Shown one piece after another: positions 50,136-61,736 of a stretch of 64,000 bases of DNA. The position numbers and the translations under genes were made by a program. Under the pieces are notes generated by a model. The model made no database searches. It was not told the origin of the DNA and saw only the letters and a program-made list of their open reading frames with translations. The DNA is taken from the sequence record NC_054934.1; one strand, written 5' to 3'. Origin of the DNA: Escherichia phage teqskov. Position 1 is the first letter of the stretch. Each line of letters starts with the position of its first letter.

Positions 50136-50453
50136 ATGACTGATAAACCCGAAATTAATGATGAAGTGGAAAAGCTTATTTCTTCTATTGAAGAAAAGAA
50201 CCGTCTTGAAGCAGAAAGAAAAGCAAATAAGTTATTGTCTAAAAACAAACGCGAACTGAATCGTCTTTATAAGCACGCTCAGACTGCAGCTGAAAACAAT
50301 AATTTTGCTCAATACGAATATGCTATCAAGAAAAGTCGGGATATTCTAAAACAGCCATATAACGATGAACTCATCAGTATTCTTTGGAAGACTACTAGAT
50401 CGCAAATTGAGGATATGATTGATGCTTACACACGTAAAATTCAAGCGTCTTAA
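50136..50453 (+). CDS. hypothetical coiled-coil protein
   Basis: 105 aa ORF. Confidence 0.5.
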   Translation: MTDKPEINDEVEKLISSIEEKNRLEAERKANKLLSKNKRELNRLYKHAQTAAENNNFAQYEYAIKKSRDILKQPYNDELISILWKTTRSQIEDMIDAYTRKIQAS

Positions 50454-50868
50454 AATTAATGCAGGATTTACTGAATCTTTGAATGGTCATCTTTGTGTGA
50501 AAATTTCTGAAAAAGAATACCATGATAGTTCAATTAAAGAAGTTAATCCTCCTATTGTAAGAGCAGACCCTAATATGAAAGTGTGGGTTGATTCTTATCA
50601 AGTCAAAAAATGGTGGCAGTTATGAAAGATGAACACCCAGACTTCTGAAATAGATTATAATAAAATTCGTTCCTCTAAAGAGGAAATGATGAGACTCTTT
50701 AAAGCGTCTCATGATAAAGCTAAAGCAGAAGGAACTATAAAATATAAGCGCATAAAATTTAAAAGTTCTAACGAGCCTCTGTATGGCGTATTATGTGGAT
50801 AGGAGCTTCGGCTCCTATATTGCTTTATAAATTTTTGGTAAAATAAACCAAAACAAAGAGGATATTAA

Positions 50869-52071
50869 ATGAAAGTATGTATTTTTATGGCTCGAGGTCT
50901 TGAAGGTTGTGGTGTAACTAAATTTTCTCTTGAGCAACGTGATTGGTTTATTAAGAATGGTCATGAAGTAACTTTGGTTTATGCTAAAGATAAATCATTT
51001 ACTCGTAATTGCGCGCATGATTATAAATCATTTTCAATTCCGGTTTTATTGGCAAAAGAATATGATAAAACACTTAAGCTGGTAAATGATTGTGATATTC
51101 TAATTATCAATTCAGTTCCTGCTACTTCGGTTGAAGAAGACACTATTAATAACTATAAAAAAATTATTGATAACATTAAACCTTCTGTTCGTGTTGTAGT
51201 TTATCAACATGACCATTCTTCTCTTTCTTTGCGCCGAAATTTGGGATTAGAAGAAACTGTTCGTCGAGCTGATGTTATTTTTAGCCATTCTGATAATGGT
51301 GATTTTAATAAAGTTCTGATGAAAGAATGGTATCCTGAAACAGTTTCTCTGTTTGATGATATTGAAGAAGCACCGACAGTATATAACTTTCAGCCTCCTA
51401 TGGATATTGCGAAGGTTCGGTCAACCTACTGGAAAGATGTTTCTGAAATTAACATGAATATCAACCGTTGGATTGGTCGTACGACTACATGGAAAGGTTT
51501 TTATCAGATGTTTGATTTTCATGAAAAACATCTTAAACCTGCAGGACTAAGTACTATTATGGAAGGTCTGGAACGTTCTCCAGCGTTCATTCCTATTAAA
51601 GAAAAAGGAATTCCATACGAGTATTATCGTCTTCATCAAGTAGACCAAATTAAAATTGCTCCTAATTTGCCAACGCAAATTCTTGACCGTTATGTAAATA
51701 GCGAAATGCTTGAACGTATGAGTAAATCCGGTTTTGGTTATCAGCTGAGTAAGTTGGATAAAAAATATCTACAGCGCTCTTTAGAATATACTCATCTCGA
51801 GCTTGGTGCATGTGGAACAATTCCGGTATTTTGGAAATCTACTGGCGAAAATTTAAAATTCCGTGTTGATAATACTCCTTTGACCTCGCATGATAGCGGT
51901 ATCATTTGGTTTGATGAAAATGACATGGAATCAACATTTGAACGTATTAAAGAACTGTCATCTGATCGAACTCTTTATGACCGCGAACGCGAAAAAGCTT
52001 ATGAATTTTTGTATCAGCATCAAGATTCAAGCTTCTGCTTTAAAGAACAGTTTGACATTATTACAAAATAA
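50869..52071 (+). CDS. agt: DNA alpha-glucosyltransferase
   Basis: 400 aa; near-identical to remembered T4 alpha-gt (FMARGLEGCGVTKFSLEQRDWFIKNGHEVTLVYAKDKSF). Confidence 0.9.
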   Translation: MKVCIFMARGLEGCGVTKFSLEQRDWFIKNGHEVTLVYAKDKSFTRNCAHDYKSFSIPVLLAKEYDKTLKLVNDCDILIINSVPATSVEEDTINNYKKIIDNIKPSVRVVVYQHDHSSLSLRRNLGLEETVRRADVIFSHSDNGDFNKVLMKEWYPETVSLFDDIEEAPTVYNFQPPMDIAKVRSTYWKDVSEINMNINRWIGRTTTWKGFYQMFDFHEKHLKPAGLSTIMEGLERSPAFIPIKEKGIPYEYYRLHQVDQIKIAPNLPTQILDRYVNSEMLERMSKSGFGYQLSKLDKKYLQRSLEYTHLELGACGTIPVFWKSTGENLKFRVDNTPLTSHDSGIIWFDENDMESTFERIKELSSDRTLYDREREKAYEFLYQHQDSSFCFKEQFDIITK

Positions 52072-52087
52072 AGGGCTTCGGCCCTTT
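52071..52087 (+). terminator. hairpin aagggcTTCGgccctt
   Basis: GC stem with TTCG loop immediately after agt stop. Confidence 0.5.
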
Positions 52088-52110
52088 AGCTTTATACGGA
52101 GTTTGATATA

Positions 52111-52251
52111 ATGATATTTCTTGGATATGTGATACTTTTTCTCGCATTTTATCTATTCACTAGAGCATGTTGGATTGGATTCTTTAGCACTCCAGATGGA
52201 TTTATTTCAATAATTTTATTTTGCATTTCAATGACGGTTCTTGATATATGA
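52111..52251 (+). CDS. small membrane protein
   Basis: 46 aa hydrophobic ORF found by hand; stop overlaps gp47 start. Confidence 0.4.
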   Translation: MIFLGYVILFLAFYLFTRACWIGFFSTPDGFISIILFCISMTVLDI

Positions 52252-53267
52252 AAATTTTAAATTTAGGTGATTGGCATTTAGGCGTTAAAGCCGATGATGA
52301 GTGGGTTCAATCTATTCAGTTGGATGGAATTAAACAAGCAATAGAATATTCTAAGAAAAATGGAATTACTACATGGATTCAATATGGTGATATTTTTGAT
52401 GTGCGAAAAGCAATCACACATAAAACTATGGAGTTCGCTCGTGAAATAGTTCAAATGCTTGATGATGTTGGTATTACCCTGCATACTGTTGTAGGAAACC
52501 ATGATATGCACTTTAAAAATACTTTAACTCCAAATGCCTCTACTGAGCTTTTGGCTAAATATCCTAATGTTAAAGTATATGATAAGCCTACTACAGTAGA
52601 TTTTGACGGATGTTTAATTGATTTAATTCCTTGGATGTGTGAAGAAAATACTGGTGAAATTCTCGAGCACATAAAAACTTCTTCTGCTTCTTTTTGTGTT
52701 GGTCACTGGGAACTGAATGGATTTTATTTTTATAAAGGAATGAAATCTCACGGTCTTGAACCTGATTTCCTTAAGACTTATAAAGAGGTGTGGTCTGGTC
52801 ACTTCCATACTATTTCTGAGGCTGCAAACGTCAGATATATTGGGACACCATGGACACTAACTGCAGGTGACGAGAATGACCCTCGCGGGTTCTGGATGTT
52901 TGATACAGAAACAGAACGAATGGAATTTATTCCAAACAACACTACCTGGCATCGTAGAATTCATTATCCATTTAAAGGAAAAATTGACTATAAAGATTTT
53001 ACAAATCTATCAGTACGTGTTATAGTAACTGAAGTAGACAAAAATCTAACGAAGTTCGAATCTGAACTAGAAAAAGTTGTGCATTCGTTACGAGTTGTGT
53101 CAAAGATTGATAACTCTGTCGAGTCAGATGACAGCGAAGAGGTTGAAGTTCAATCGCTTCAGACATTGATGGAAGAATACATTAATGCAATTCCAGACAT
53201 CACTGATTCTGACCGTGAAGCACTTATTCAATATGCAAATCAGCTATATGTAGAGGCAACACAATGA
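52248..53267 (+). CDS. 47: recombination endonuclease subunit gp47 (Mre11-like)
   Basis: 339 aa; phosphoesterase motifs GDWHLG, GDIFD, GNHD, GHWE. Confidence 0.9.
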   Translation: MKILNLGDWHLGVKADDEWVQSIQLDGIKQAIEYSKKNGITTWIQYGDIFDVRKAITHKTMEFAREIVQMLDDVGITLHTVVGNHDMHFKNTLTPNASTELLAKYPNVKVYDKPTTVDFDGCLIDLIPWMCEENTGEILEHIKTSSASFCVGHWELNGFYFYKGMKSHGLEPDFLKTYKEVWSGHFHTISEAANVRYIGTPWTLTAGDENDPRGFWMFDTETERMEFIPNNTTWHRRIHYPFKGKIDYKDFTNLSVRVIVTEVDKNLTKFESELEKVVHSLRVVSKIDNSVESDDSEEVEVQSLQTLMEEYINAIPDITDSDREALIQYANQLYVEATQ

Positions 53268-53527
53268 CTTTTGATGAATTTAAAAATGTTATGATGAGTC
53301 AGCATTTTGAATGCGAAGTAAAAGATGATATTGGTCATAAAGAAATTATTGAATATTGGTTTGAACCGCTAGAGGTTGAAGATAATTGTATTAAAAAGGT
53401 TACAGTCTGCACTGACTGGGCTGTATCTTTTAACTTCAACATTTTAGATAATGACACACCTAAATCATTACGAGATATGGCTGTATCTTGTATTAAGGAT
53501 GCATACTGTGAAGTTTTCGACATTTGA
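53264..53527 (+). CDS. hypothetical protein
   Basis: 87 aa ORF. Confidence 0.5.
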   Translation: MTFDEFKNVMMSQHFECEVKDDIGHKEIIEYWFEPLEVEDNCIKKVTVCTDWAVSFNFNILDNDTPKSLRDMAVSCIKDAYCEVFDI

Positions 53528-53714
53528 CATTAATGATGAATTCATAGCAAACATTGATTATACCGAAGAAGATTCTAGATATGTTGGAATAATTTATATT
53601 ACATCAAAAACAGCACAAGGTGTTGTTTGCATGGCTGAATTTGATGAATACTTTTTAGATTATGATGATATGATAGAATGGTCTAAAAGATACATTAAAA
53701 GGAATCTTTTGTGA
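53499..53714 (+). CDS. hypothetical protein
   Basis: 71 aa from internal ATG. Confidence 0.4.
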   Translation: MHTVKFSTFDINDEFIANIDYTEEDSRYVGIIYITSKTAQGVVCMAEFDEYFLDYDDMIEWSKRYIKRNLL

Positions 53715-55393
53715 AGAATTTTAAACTAAACCGAGTTAGGTATCAAAATATAATGTCAGTAGGTGGAAATCCTATTGACATTCAATTAGATAAGGTTCAA
53801 AAAACTCTTATTACTGGCCGAAATGGCGGTGGTAAGTCTACTATGTTAGAAGCCATCACATTTGGGCTTTTTGGCAAGCCATTTCGTGATGTAAAGAAAG
53901 GTCAATTAATAAACAGCACAAATAAGAAAGAACTTTTAGTTGAATTGTGGATGGAATATGATGAGAAAAAGTACTATATCAAAAGAGGACAAAAACCAAA
54001 CGTTTTCGAAATCACCGTTAACGGTACACGTCTTAATGAATCTGCCAGCAGTAAAGATTTCCAAGCAGAATTTGAACAGCTTATCGGAATGTCATATGCC
54101 AGTTTCAAGCAGATTGTTGTTCTTGGTACAGCAGGGTATACCCCTTTCATGGGTTTGTCTACCCCTGCGCGAAGAAAGCTTGTGGAAGACCTGCTTGAGG
54201 TAGGAACATTAGCTGAAATGGATAAGCTTAATAAAGCACTAATACGTGAATTAAATTCACAAAACCAAGTGCTTGATGTTAAAAAAGATAGTATTATCCA
54301 ACAGATTAAAATATATAATGATAACGTTGAACGCCAGAAAAAATTAACTGGTGACAATCTTACTCGTCTGCAAAATATGTATGATGATTTGGCAAAAGAA
54401 GCTAGAACGCTAAAATCGGAAATAGAAGAAGCTAATGAAAGATTAGTTAATATTGTTTTAGACGAAGACCCGACTGATGCATTTAATAAAATCGGTCAAG
54501 AAGCAGTTTTAATTAAATCAAAAATTGACTCGTACAATAAAGTCATTAATATGTATCACGAAGGTGGATTATGTCCAACCTGTTTGTCACAATTAAGTTC
54601 CGGTGATAAAGTTGTTTCTAAAATTAAAGATAAAGTTTCTGAATGTACGCATTCGTTTGAACAGCTTTCAACACATCGTGATAATTTAAAAGTTCTTGTT
54701 GATGAATACCGAGATAATATTAAAACCCAACAGTCGTTGGCAAATGATATTCGCAATAAAAAGCAATCTCTAATCACGACGGTAGATAAAGCCAAAAAAG
54801 TTAAAGCAGCTATAGAAAAAGCATCTTCTGAGTTTATTGACCATGCTGATGAAATAGCACTGCTTCAAGAAGAACTTGATAAAATTGTTAAGACAAAAAC
54901 TAATTTAGTAATGGAAAAATACCACCGAGGAATTTTGACTGATATGCTCAAAGATTCTGGTATTAAAGGTGCTATTATTAAAAAGTACATTCCATTATTT
55001 AATAAGCAGATTAACCATTATCTTAAAATAATGGAAGCGGATTATGTGTTTACATTAGATGAAGAATTTAATGAGACAATTAAATCCCGTGGTCGTGAAG
55101 ATTTTAGTTATGCTTCATTCAGTCAAGGTGAAAAAGCACGAATTGATATTGCTCTTTTATTTACTTGGCGTGATATTGCTGAAAAAGTTTCAGGTGTTAA
55201 AATAAACACGTTAATTCTTGACGAAGTTTTTGATTCAGCGACCGATGTTGAAGGTGTAAAAGCTATTTCAACTATTTTAGATAGTTTAAAAAATACTAAT
55301 GTTTTTGTTATTTCGCATAGAGACCATGACCCACAAGCATATGGTCAGCACCTTCAAATGAAGAAAGTTGGTCGATTTACTGTAATGGTTTAA
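53711..55393 (+). CDS. 46: recombination endonuclease subunit gp46 (Rad50/SbcC-like), GTG start
   Basis: 560 aa; Walker A GRNGGGKST, central coiled coil with CPTC zinc hook, Walker B LILDEVFD. Confidence 0.9.
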   Translation: MKNFKLNRVRYQNIMSVGGNPIDIQLDKVQKTLITGRNGGGKSTMLEAITFGLFGKPFRDVKKGQLINSTNKKELLVELWMEYDEKKYYIKRGQKPNVFEITVNGTRLNESASSKDFQAEFEQLIGMSYASFKQIVVLGTAGYTPFMGLSTPARRKLVEDLLEVGTLAEMDKLNKALIRELNSQNQVLDVKKDSIIQQIKIYNDNVERQKKLTGDNLTRLQNMYDDLAKEARTLKSEIEEANERLVNIVLDEDPTDAFNKIGQEAVLIKSKIDSYNKVINMYHEGGLCPTCLSQLSSGDKVVSKIKDKVSECTHSFEQLSTHRDNLKVLVDEYRDNIKTQQSLANDIRNKKQSLITTVDKAKKVKAAIEKASSEFIDHADEIALLQEELDKIVKTKTNLVMEKYHRGILTDMLKDSGIKGAIIKKYIPLFNKQINHYLKIMEADYVFTLDEEFNETIKSRGREDFSYASFSQGEKARIDIALLFTWRDIAEKVSGVKINTLILDEVFDSATDVEGVKAISTILDSLKNTNVFVISHRDHDPQAYGQHLQMKKVGRFTVMV

Positions 55394-55448
55394 TTTATAA
55401 GAGATTATGCTTTAATTTATTAGAGTATAATCTCTATGGAGGAAAAAC

Positions 55449-55637
55449 ATGGAATATTCAACTGGACAGCATCTATTAACTATTCCTGAAATAAAACGAT
55501 ATATTCTGAGAAATAATTTTTCTAATGAAGAGCATATAGTTACTGAATCTATGCTTAGGAATGCATTTAAAGCAGAATATACAAAAATAATGTCCAATAG
55601 AAATGAAGCTTGGACTGTTACTGATTATTATGACTAA
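55449..55637 (+). CDS. hypothetical protein (45.2 position)
   Basis: 62 aa ORF. Confidence 0.5.
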   Translation: MEYSTGQHLLTIPEIKRYILRNNFSNEEHIVTESMLRNAFKAEYTKIMSNRNEAWTVTDYYD

Positions 55638-55646
55638 AGGTGTATT

Positions 55647-56036
55647 ATGACTAAAATTACTGTGAATTATACTGTTGATGTAAAAGATATTCAGCCAAAA
55701 CACGTGCGTTCTGAATCAAATCCACAAAACCAAAATAAAATCCGTCGAGCATGGGTTTTGTCTCTTTCTGATAACGCAATGGAAGTTATTCAGAACAAAA
55801 TTAAATCTGCACCTGCTCGTCATGCGTATTATGAAGCTATCGATCGTGAAGTAAGTAATAAATGGATTGAACTAATGCGCAAACATACTACAGAATCCCT
55901 AAACGCCGGTGCTAAATTTATTATGACTTCATGCGGTGAACGTCTTGAAGATGATTATTGCGGTAATGCAGATGAACGTCTAATTGTTGCTGCTCAAATT
56001 GTTGCGGAAACAATTGCGGCTGATTTTAATCGTTAA
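55647..56036 (+). CDS. rpbA: RNA polymerase binding protein RpbA
   Basis: 129 aa ORF between 45.2 and 45 positions. Confidence 0.65.
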
Positions 56037-56091
56037 TTGCTTTATTAAATTAGTTATAAAATTAAATCTCATTTGAATTGAAGGAAATTAC

Positions 56092-56778
56092 ATGAAACTG
56101 TCTAAAGATACTACTGCTCTGCTTAAAAATTTCGCTACTATTAACTCCGGTATTATGCTTAAATCCGGTCAATTTATTATGACTCGCGCAGTTAATGGTA
56201 CAACTTATGCGGAAGCAAATATTTCTGACGTTATTGATTTTGATGTAGCAATTTACGATTTGAACGGTTTTCTCGGTATTCTGTCTCTAGTTAATGATGA
56301 TGCAGAAATTTCCCAGTCAGAAGATGGAAATATTAAAATTGCTGATGCTCGTTCAACAATTTTTTGGCCAGCAGCCGATCCGAGTACAGTAGTTGCTCCT
56401 AATAAACCAATTCCATTCCCGGTAGCATCTGTTGTTACTGAAATTAAAGCTGAAGACCTTCAACAACTGTTGCGTGTATCTCGTGGTCTGCAAATTGATA
56501 CAATTGCTATCACGGTAAAAGAAGGTAAAATCGTAATTAACGGTTTTAATAAAGTAGAAGATTCTGCTCTGACCCGTGTTAAATATTCTTTGACTCTTGG
56601 TGATTATGATGGTGAAAATACATTTAATTTCATTATCAATATGGCAAATATGAAAATGCAACCAGGAAATTATAAACTTCTGCTTTGGGCAAAAGGTAAA
56701 CAAGGCGCTGCTAAATTTGAAGGTGAACATGCGAATTATGTAGTAGCTCTTGAAGCTGATTCTACCCACGATTTTTAA
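56092..56778 (+). CDS. 45: sliding clamp gp45
   Basis: 228 aa (T4 gp45 size); synteny with 44/62. Confidence 0.9.
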   Translation: MKLSKDTTALLKNFATINSGIMLKSGQFIMTRAVNGTTYAEANISDVIDFDVAIYDLNGFLGILSLVNDDAEISQSEDGNIKIADARSTIFWPAADPSTVVAPNKPIPFPVASVVTEIKAEDLQQLLRVSRGLQIDTIAITVKEGKIVINGFNKVEDSALTRVKYSLTLGDYDGENTFNFIINMANMKMQPGNYKLLLWAKGKQGAAKFEGEHANYVVALEADSTHDF

Positions 56779-56780
56779 TA

Positions 56781-56800
56781 AAGGGCTTCGGCCCTTTATA
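56781..56800 (+). terminator. rho-independent terminator
   Basis: aagggcTTCGgcccttt after gene 45 stop. Confidence 0.6.
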
Positions 56801-56829
56801 ATTTACACTAAAACTTGAATGAGGAAATT

Positions 56830-57789
56830 ATGATTACCGTAAATGAAAAAGAACACATTCTTGAACAGAAATATCGTCCATCTACTATCGATGAATGTAT
56901 TCTTCCCGCCTTTGATAAAGAAACCTTTAAATCTATTACAAGTAAAGGTAAGATTCCACATATTATTCTTCATTCTCCTTCTCCAGGAACAGGTAAAACA
57001 ACTGTAGCGAAAGCATTGTGTCATGATGTAAATGCTGATATGATGTTTGTGAATGGGTCAGATTGTAAAATTGATTTCGTTCGTGGTCCTTTGACTAATT
57101 TTGCCAGTGCAGCTTCATTTGATGGTCGTCAAAAAGTAATCGTTATTGATGAATTTGACCGCTCAGGGTTAGCAGAGTCTCAGCGACATCTTCGTTCCTT
57201 TATGGAAGCTTATAGTTCAAACTGTAGTATTATTATTACTGCTAACAATATTGATGGTATTATTAAACCGCTTCAGTCACGCTGCCGAGTTATTACATTC
57301 GGTCAACCGACCGATGAAGATAAAATTGAAATGATGAAGCAGATGATTCGTCGATTGACTGAAATCTGCAAGCATGAAGGAATTGCTATAGCTGATATGA
57401 AAGTTGTAGCAGCTTTAGTTAAAAAGAATTTTCCTGATTTTCGTAAAACTATTGGCGAGCTCGATAGTTATTCATCTAAAGGTGTTTTGGATGCTGGTAT
57501 TTTATCATTGGTTACTAACGATCGTGGTGCTATTGATGATGTTCTTGAGTCTCTCAAAAATAAAGATGTTAAACAACTCAGAGCTTTAGCACCAAAATAT
57601 GCAGCTGATTATTCGTGGTTCGTGGGTAAACTTGCCGAAGAAATCTATTCACGTGTAACTCCACAAAGTATTATTCGTATGTACGAAATTGTTGGTGAAA
57701 ATAATCAGTATCATGGTATTGCAGCTAATACTGAATTGCATTTAGCTTATCTTTTCATTCAATTAGCATGTGAAATGCAGTGGAAGTGA
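56830..57789 (+). CDS. 44: clamp loader large subunit gp44
   Basis: 319 aa from ATG; Walker [11 protein letters not shown]; Walker B IVIDEFD; SRC motif. Confidence 0.9.
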
Positions 57790-57790
57790 T

Positions 57791-58354
57791 ATGAGCTTAT
57801 TTCAAGATGATATTCAATTAAACGAGCATCAAGTTGCTTGGTATTCTAAAGATTGGACAGCTGTCCAATCTGCTGCTGATACTTTTAAAGAAAAAGCTGA
57901 AAATGAATTTTTTGAAATAATTGGAGCTATTAATAATAAAACTAAATGCTCTATTGCTCAAAAAGATTATTCAAAATTCATGGTTGAAAATGCATTATCA
58001 CAATTTCCAGAGTGCATGTCAGCTGTATATGCTATGAATTTAATTGGATCAGGCTTAAGTGATGAAGCTCATTTTAATTATCTAATGGCTGCAGTTCCTC
58101 GTGGTAAAAGATATGGTAAATGGGCAAAACTAGTTGAAGATTCCACCGAAGTATTGATTATTAAGTTACTTGCTAAGCGGTATCAAGTTAATACAAATGA
58201 TGCAATTAACTATAAATCAATTCTTACTAAAAATGGAAAACTACCTTTAGTATTAAAAGAACTTAAAGGATTAGTCACGGATGATTTTTTGAAAGAAGTG
58301 ACTAAGAACGTAAAAGAACAGAAACAACTCAAAAAACTAGCATTGGAATGGTAA
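57791..58354 (+). CDS. 62: clamp loader small subunit gp62
   Basis: 187 aa from MSLFQDD; overlaps gene 44 stop. Confidence 0.85.
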   Translation: MSLFQDDIQLNEHQVAWYSKDWTAVQSAADTFKEKAENEFFEIIGAINNKTKCSIAQKDYSKFMVENALSQFPECMSAVYAMNLIGSGLSDEAHFNYLMAAVPRGKRYGKWAKLVEDSTEVLIIKLLAKRYQVNTNDAINYKSILTKNGKLPLVLKELKGLVTDDFLKEVTKNVKEQKQLKKLALEW

Positions 58355-58355
58355 A

Positions 58356-58724
58356 ATGATTGAAATTACTCTTAAAAAACCTGAAGATTTTCTGAAAGTA
58401 AAAGAAACTTTGACTCGTATGGGAATTGCTAATAATAAAGATAAAGTTCTGTATCAGTCCTGTCATATTCTTCAGAAAAAAGGACTATACTATATCGTTC
58501 ATTTTAAAGAAATGCTTCGTATGGATGGTCGCCAGGTTGAAATGACAGAAGAAGATGAAGTTCGTCGTGATTCGATTGCATGGCTATTAGAAGATTGGGG
58601 ACTGATTGAAATCGTCCCTGGTCAAAGAACTTTTATGAAAGATTTAACTAATAACTTCCGAGTTATTTCTTTTAAACAAAAACATGAATGGAAACTCGTT
58701 CCTAAATATACGATTGGTAATTAA
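58356..58724 (+). CDS. regA: translational repressor RegA
   Basis: 122 aa; size and position between 62 and 43. Confidence 0.85.
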   Translation: MIEITLKKPEDFLKVKETLTRMGIANNKDKVLYQSCHILQKKGLYYIVHFKEMLRMDGRQVEMTEEDEVRRDSIAWLLEDWGLIEIVPGQRTFMKDLTNNFRVISFKQKHEWKLVPKYTIGN

Positions 58725-58725
58725 T

Positions 58726-58947
58726 ATGACTGCTATAACTCCACAAGAATACATGGCGTCTCTTAAAGAAAAATATAATCTTTCTGCAACAGAAACACTT
58801 TTTGATTTACCAGAAAACCTCCAACTAAAATTTCAGGTAGAATTTCAAAAATTAATTCATCCAGAACAAAAACACTTTACCGCAGTCGTTAAGTCAATTA
58901 ATGCAGATGGAATGACAATTTTTCACCGACAAATAGTACTAATTTAA
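58726..58947 (+). CDS. hypothetical protein
   Basis: 73 aa ORF between regA and gene 43. Confidence 0.45.
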   Translation: MTAITPQEYMASLKEKYNLSATETLFDLPENLQLKFQVEFQKLIHPEQKHFTAVVKSINADGMTIFHRQIVLI

Positions 58948-58949
58948 GC

Positions 58950-58970
58950 AAGGGGCTTCGGCCCCTTATT
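58950..58970 (+). terminator. hairpin aaggggcTTCGgcccctt
   Basis: GC stem with TTCG loop, then ATTT. Confidence 0.5.
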
Positions 58971-59027
58971 TGGAGTATAATATATATCAAGAGCCTAATA
59001 ACTCGGGCTATAAACTAAGGAATATCT

Positions 59028-61724
59028 ATGAAAGAATTTTATATCTCTATTGAAACAGTCGGAAATAACATTGTTGAACGTTATATTGATGAAAACGGAA
59101 AGGAACGTACCCGTGAAGTAGAATATCTTCCGACTATGTTTAGGCATTGTAAGGAAGAGTCAAAATACAAAGACATCTATGGTAAAAACTGCGCTCCTCA
59201 AAAATTTCCATCAATGAAAGATGCTCGAGATTGGATGAAGCGAATGGAAGACATCGGTCTCGAAGCTCTCGGTATGAACGATTTTAAACTCGCTTATATC
59301 AGTGATACATATGGTTCAGAAATTGTTTATGACCGAAAATTTGTTCGTGTAGCTAACTGTGACATTGAGGTTACTGGTGATAAATTTCCTGACCCAATGA
59401 AAGCTGAATATGAAATTGATGCTATCACTCATTACGATTCAATTGATGACCGTTTTTATGTTTTCGACCTTTTGAATTCAATGTACGGTTCAGTATCAAA
59501 ATGGGATGCAAAGTTAGCTGCTAAGCTTGACTGTGAAGGTGGTGATGAAGTTCCTCAAGAAATTCTTGACCGAGTAATTTATATGCCATTCGATAATGAG
59601 CGTGATATGCTCATGGAATATATCAATCTCTGGGAACAGAAACGACCTGCTATTTTTACTGGTTGGAATATTGAGGGATTTGACGTTCCGTATATCATGA
59701 ATCGCGTTAAAATGGTTCTCGGTGAACGTAGTATGAAACGCTTCTCTCCAATCGGTCGAGTAAAATCTAAACTAATTCAAAATATGTACGGTAGCAAAGA
59801 AATTTATTCTATTGATGGCGTATCTATTCTTGATTATTTAGATTTGTACAAGAAATTCGCTTTTACTAATTTGCCGTCATTCTCTTTGGAATCAGTTGCT
59901 CAACATGAAACCAAAAAAGGTAAATTACCATACGACGGTCCTATTAATAAACTTCGTGAGACTAATCATCAACGATACATTAGTTATAACATCATTGACG
60001 TAGAATCAGTTCAAGCAATTGATAAAATTCGCGGGTTTATCGATCTAGTTTTAAGTATGTCTTATTACGCTAAAATGCCTTTTTCCGGTGTAATGAGTCC
60101 TATTAAAACCTGGGATGCCATTATTTTTAACTCATTGAAAGGTGAACATAAGGTTATTCCTCAACAAGGTTCGCACGTTAAACAGAGTTTTCCGGGTGCA
60201 TTCGTATTTGAACCTAAACCAATTGCTCGTCGATATATTATGAGTTTTGACTTGACGTCTCTGTATCCGAGCATTATTCGTCAGGTTAACATTAGTCCTG
60301 AGACTATTCGTGGTCAGTTTAAAGTTCATCCAATTCATGAATATATCGCAGGAACAGCTCCTAAACCGAGTGATGAATATTCTTGTTCTCCGAATGGATG
60401 GATGTACGATAAGCATCAAGAAGGTATCATTCCAAAGGAAATCGCTAAAGTATTTTTCCAGCGTAAAGATTGGAAAAAGAAAATGTTCGCTGAAGAAATG
60501 AATGCCGAAGCTATTAAAAAGATTATTATGAAAGGCGCAGGGTCTTGTTCAACTAAACCTGAAGTTGAACGATATGTTAAGTTCAGTGATGATTTCTTAA
60601 ATGAACTATCGAATTATACTGAATCTGTTCTCAATAGTTTGATTGAAGAATGTGAAAAAGCGGCTACACTTGCTAACACAAATCAGCTGAACCGTAAAAT
60701 TCTTATTAACAGCCTTTACGGTGCTCTTGGTAATATTCATTTCCGTTACTATGATTTGCGAAATGCTACTGCTATCACAATTTTCGGCCAAGTTGGTATT
60801 CAGTGGATTGCTCGTAAAATTAATGAGTATCTGAATAAAGTATGTGGAACTAATGGCGAAGATTTCATCGCAGCAGGTGATACTGATTCGGTATATGTTT
60901 GTGTAGATAAAGTTATTGAAAAAGTTGGTCTTGACCGATTCAAAGAGCAGAACGATTTAGTTGAATTCATGAATCAGTTCGGTAAGAAAAAGATGGAACC
61001 TATGATTGATGTTGCATATCGTGAGTTATGTGATTATATGAATAACCGCGAGCATCTGATGCATATGGACCGTGAAGCTATTTCTTGCCCTCCACTTGGT
61101 TCAAAGGGCGTTGGTGGATTTTGGAAAGCGAAAAAGCGTTATGCTCTGAACGTATATGATATGGAAGATAAGCGATTTGCTGAACCGCATTTAAAAATCA
61201 TGGGTATGGAAACTCAGCAGAGTTCAACGCCTAAAGCGGTCCAAGAAGCTCTCGAAGAAAGTATTCGTCGTATTCTTCAGGAAGGTGAAGAGTCTGTCCA
61301 AGAATATTACAAGAACTTCGAGAAAGAATATCGTCAACTTGACTATAAAGTTATTGCTGAAGTAAAAACTGCGAACGATATAGCGAAATATGATGATAAA
61401 GGTTGGCCAGGATTTAAATGTCCGTTCCATATTCGTGGTGTGCTAACTTATCGTCGAGCTGTTAGCGGTTTAGGTGTAGCTCCAATTTTGGATGGAAATA
61501 AAGTAATGGTTCTTCCATTGCGTGAAGGAAATCCATTTGGTGACAAATGCATTGCTTGGCCGTCGGGTACAGAACTTCCAAAAGAAATTCGTTCTGACGT
61601 ACTGTCTTGGATTGACTACTCAACTTTGTTCCAAAAATCGTTTGTTAAACCGCTTGCAGGCATGTGTGAATCGGCTGGTATGGACTATGAAGAAAAAGCT
61701 TCGTTAGACTTCCTGTTTGGCTGA
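59028..61724 (+). CDS. 43: DNA polymerase gp43 (family B)
   Basis: 898 aa; exo motif FDIE, polymerase motifs DLTSLYPS and AAGDTDSVY; near-identical to remembered T4 gp43. Confidence 0.95.
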   Translation: MKEFYISIETVGNNIVERYIDENGKERTREVEYLPTMFRHCKEESKYKDIYGKNCAPQKFPSMKDARDWMKRMEDIGLEALGMNDFKLAYISDTYGSEIVYDRKFVRVANCDIEVTGDKFPDPMKAEYEIDAITHYDSIDDRFYVFDLLNSMYGSVSKWDAKLAAKLDCEGGDEVPQEILDRVIYMPFDNERDMLMEYINLWEQKRPAIFTGWNIEGFDVPYIMNRVKMVLGERSMKRFSPIGRVKSKLIQNMYGSKEIYSIDGVSILDYLDLYKKFAFTNLPSFSLESVAQHETKKGKLPYDGPINKLRETNHQRYISYNIIDVESVQAIDKIRGFIDLVLSMSYYAKMPFSGVMSPIKTWDAIIFNSLKGEHKVIPQQGSHVKQSFPGAFVFEPKPIARRYIMSFDLTSLYPSIIRQVNISPETIRGQFKVHPIHEYIAGTAPKPSDEYSCSPNGWMYDKHQEGIIPKEIAKVFFQRKDWKKKMFAEEMNAEAIKKIIMKGAGSCSTKPEVERYVKFSDDFLNELSNYTESVLNSLIEECEKAATLANTNQLNRKILINSLYGALGNIHFRYYDLRNATAITIFGQVGIQWIARKINEYLNKVCGTNGEDFIAAGDTDSVYVCVDKVIEKVGLDRFKEQNDLVEFMNQFGKKKMEPMIDVAYRELCDYMNNREHLMHMDREAISCPPLGSKGVGGFWKAKKRYALNVYDMEDKRFAEPHLKIMGMETQQSSTPKAVQEALEESIRRILQEGEESVQEYYKNFEKEYRQLDYKVIAEVKTANDIAKYDDKGWPGFKCPFHIRGVLTYRRAVSGLGVAPILDGNKVMVLPLREGNPFGDKCIAWPSGTELPKEIRSDVLSWIDYSTLFQKSFVKPLAGMCESAGMDYEEKASLDFLFG

Positions 61725-61736
61725 TAGAATAAATCT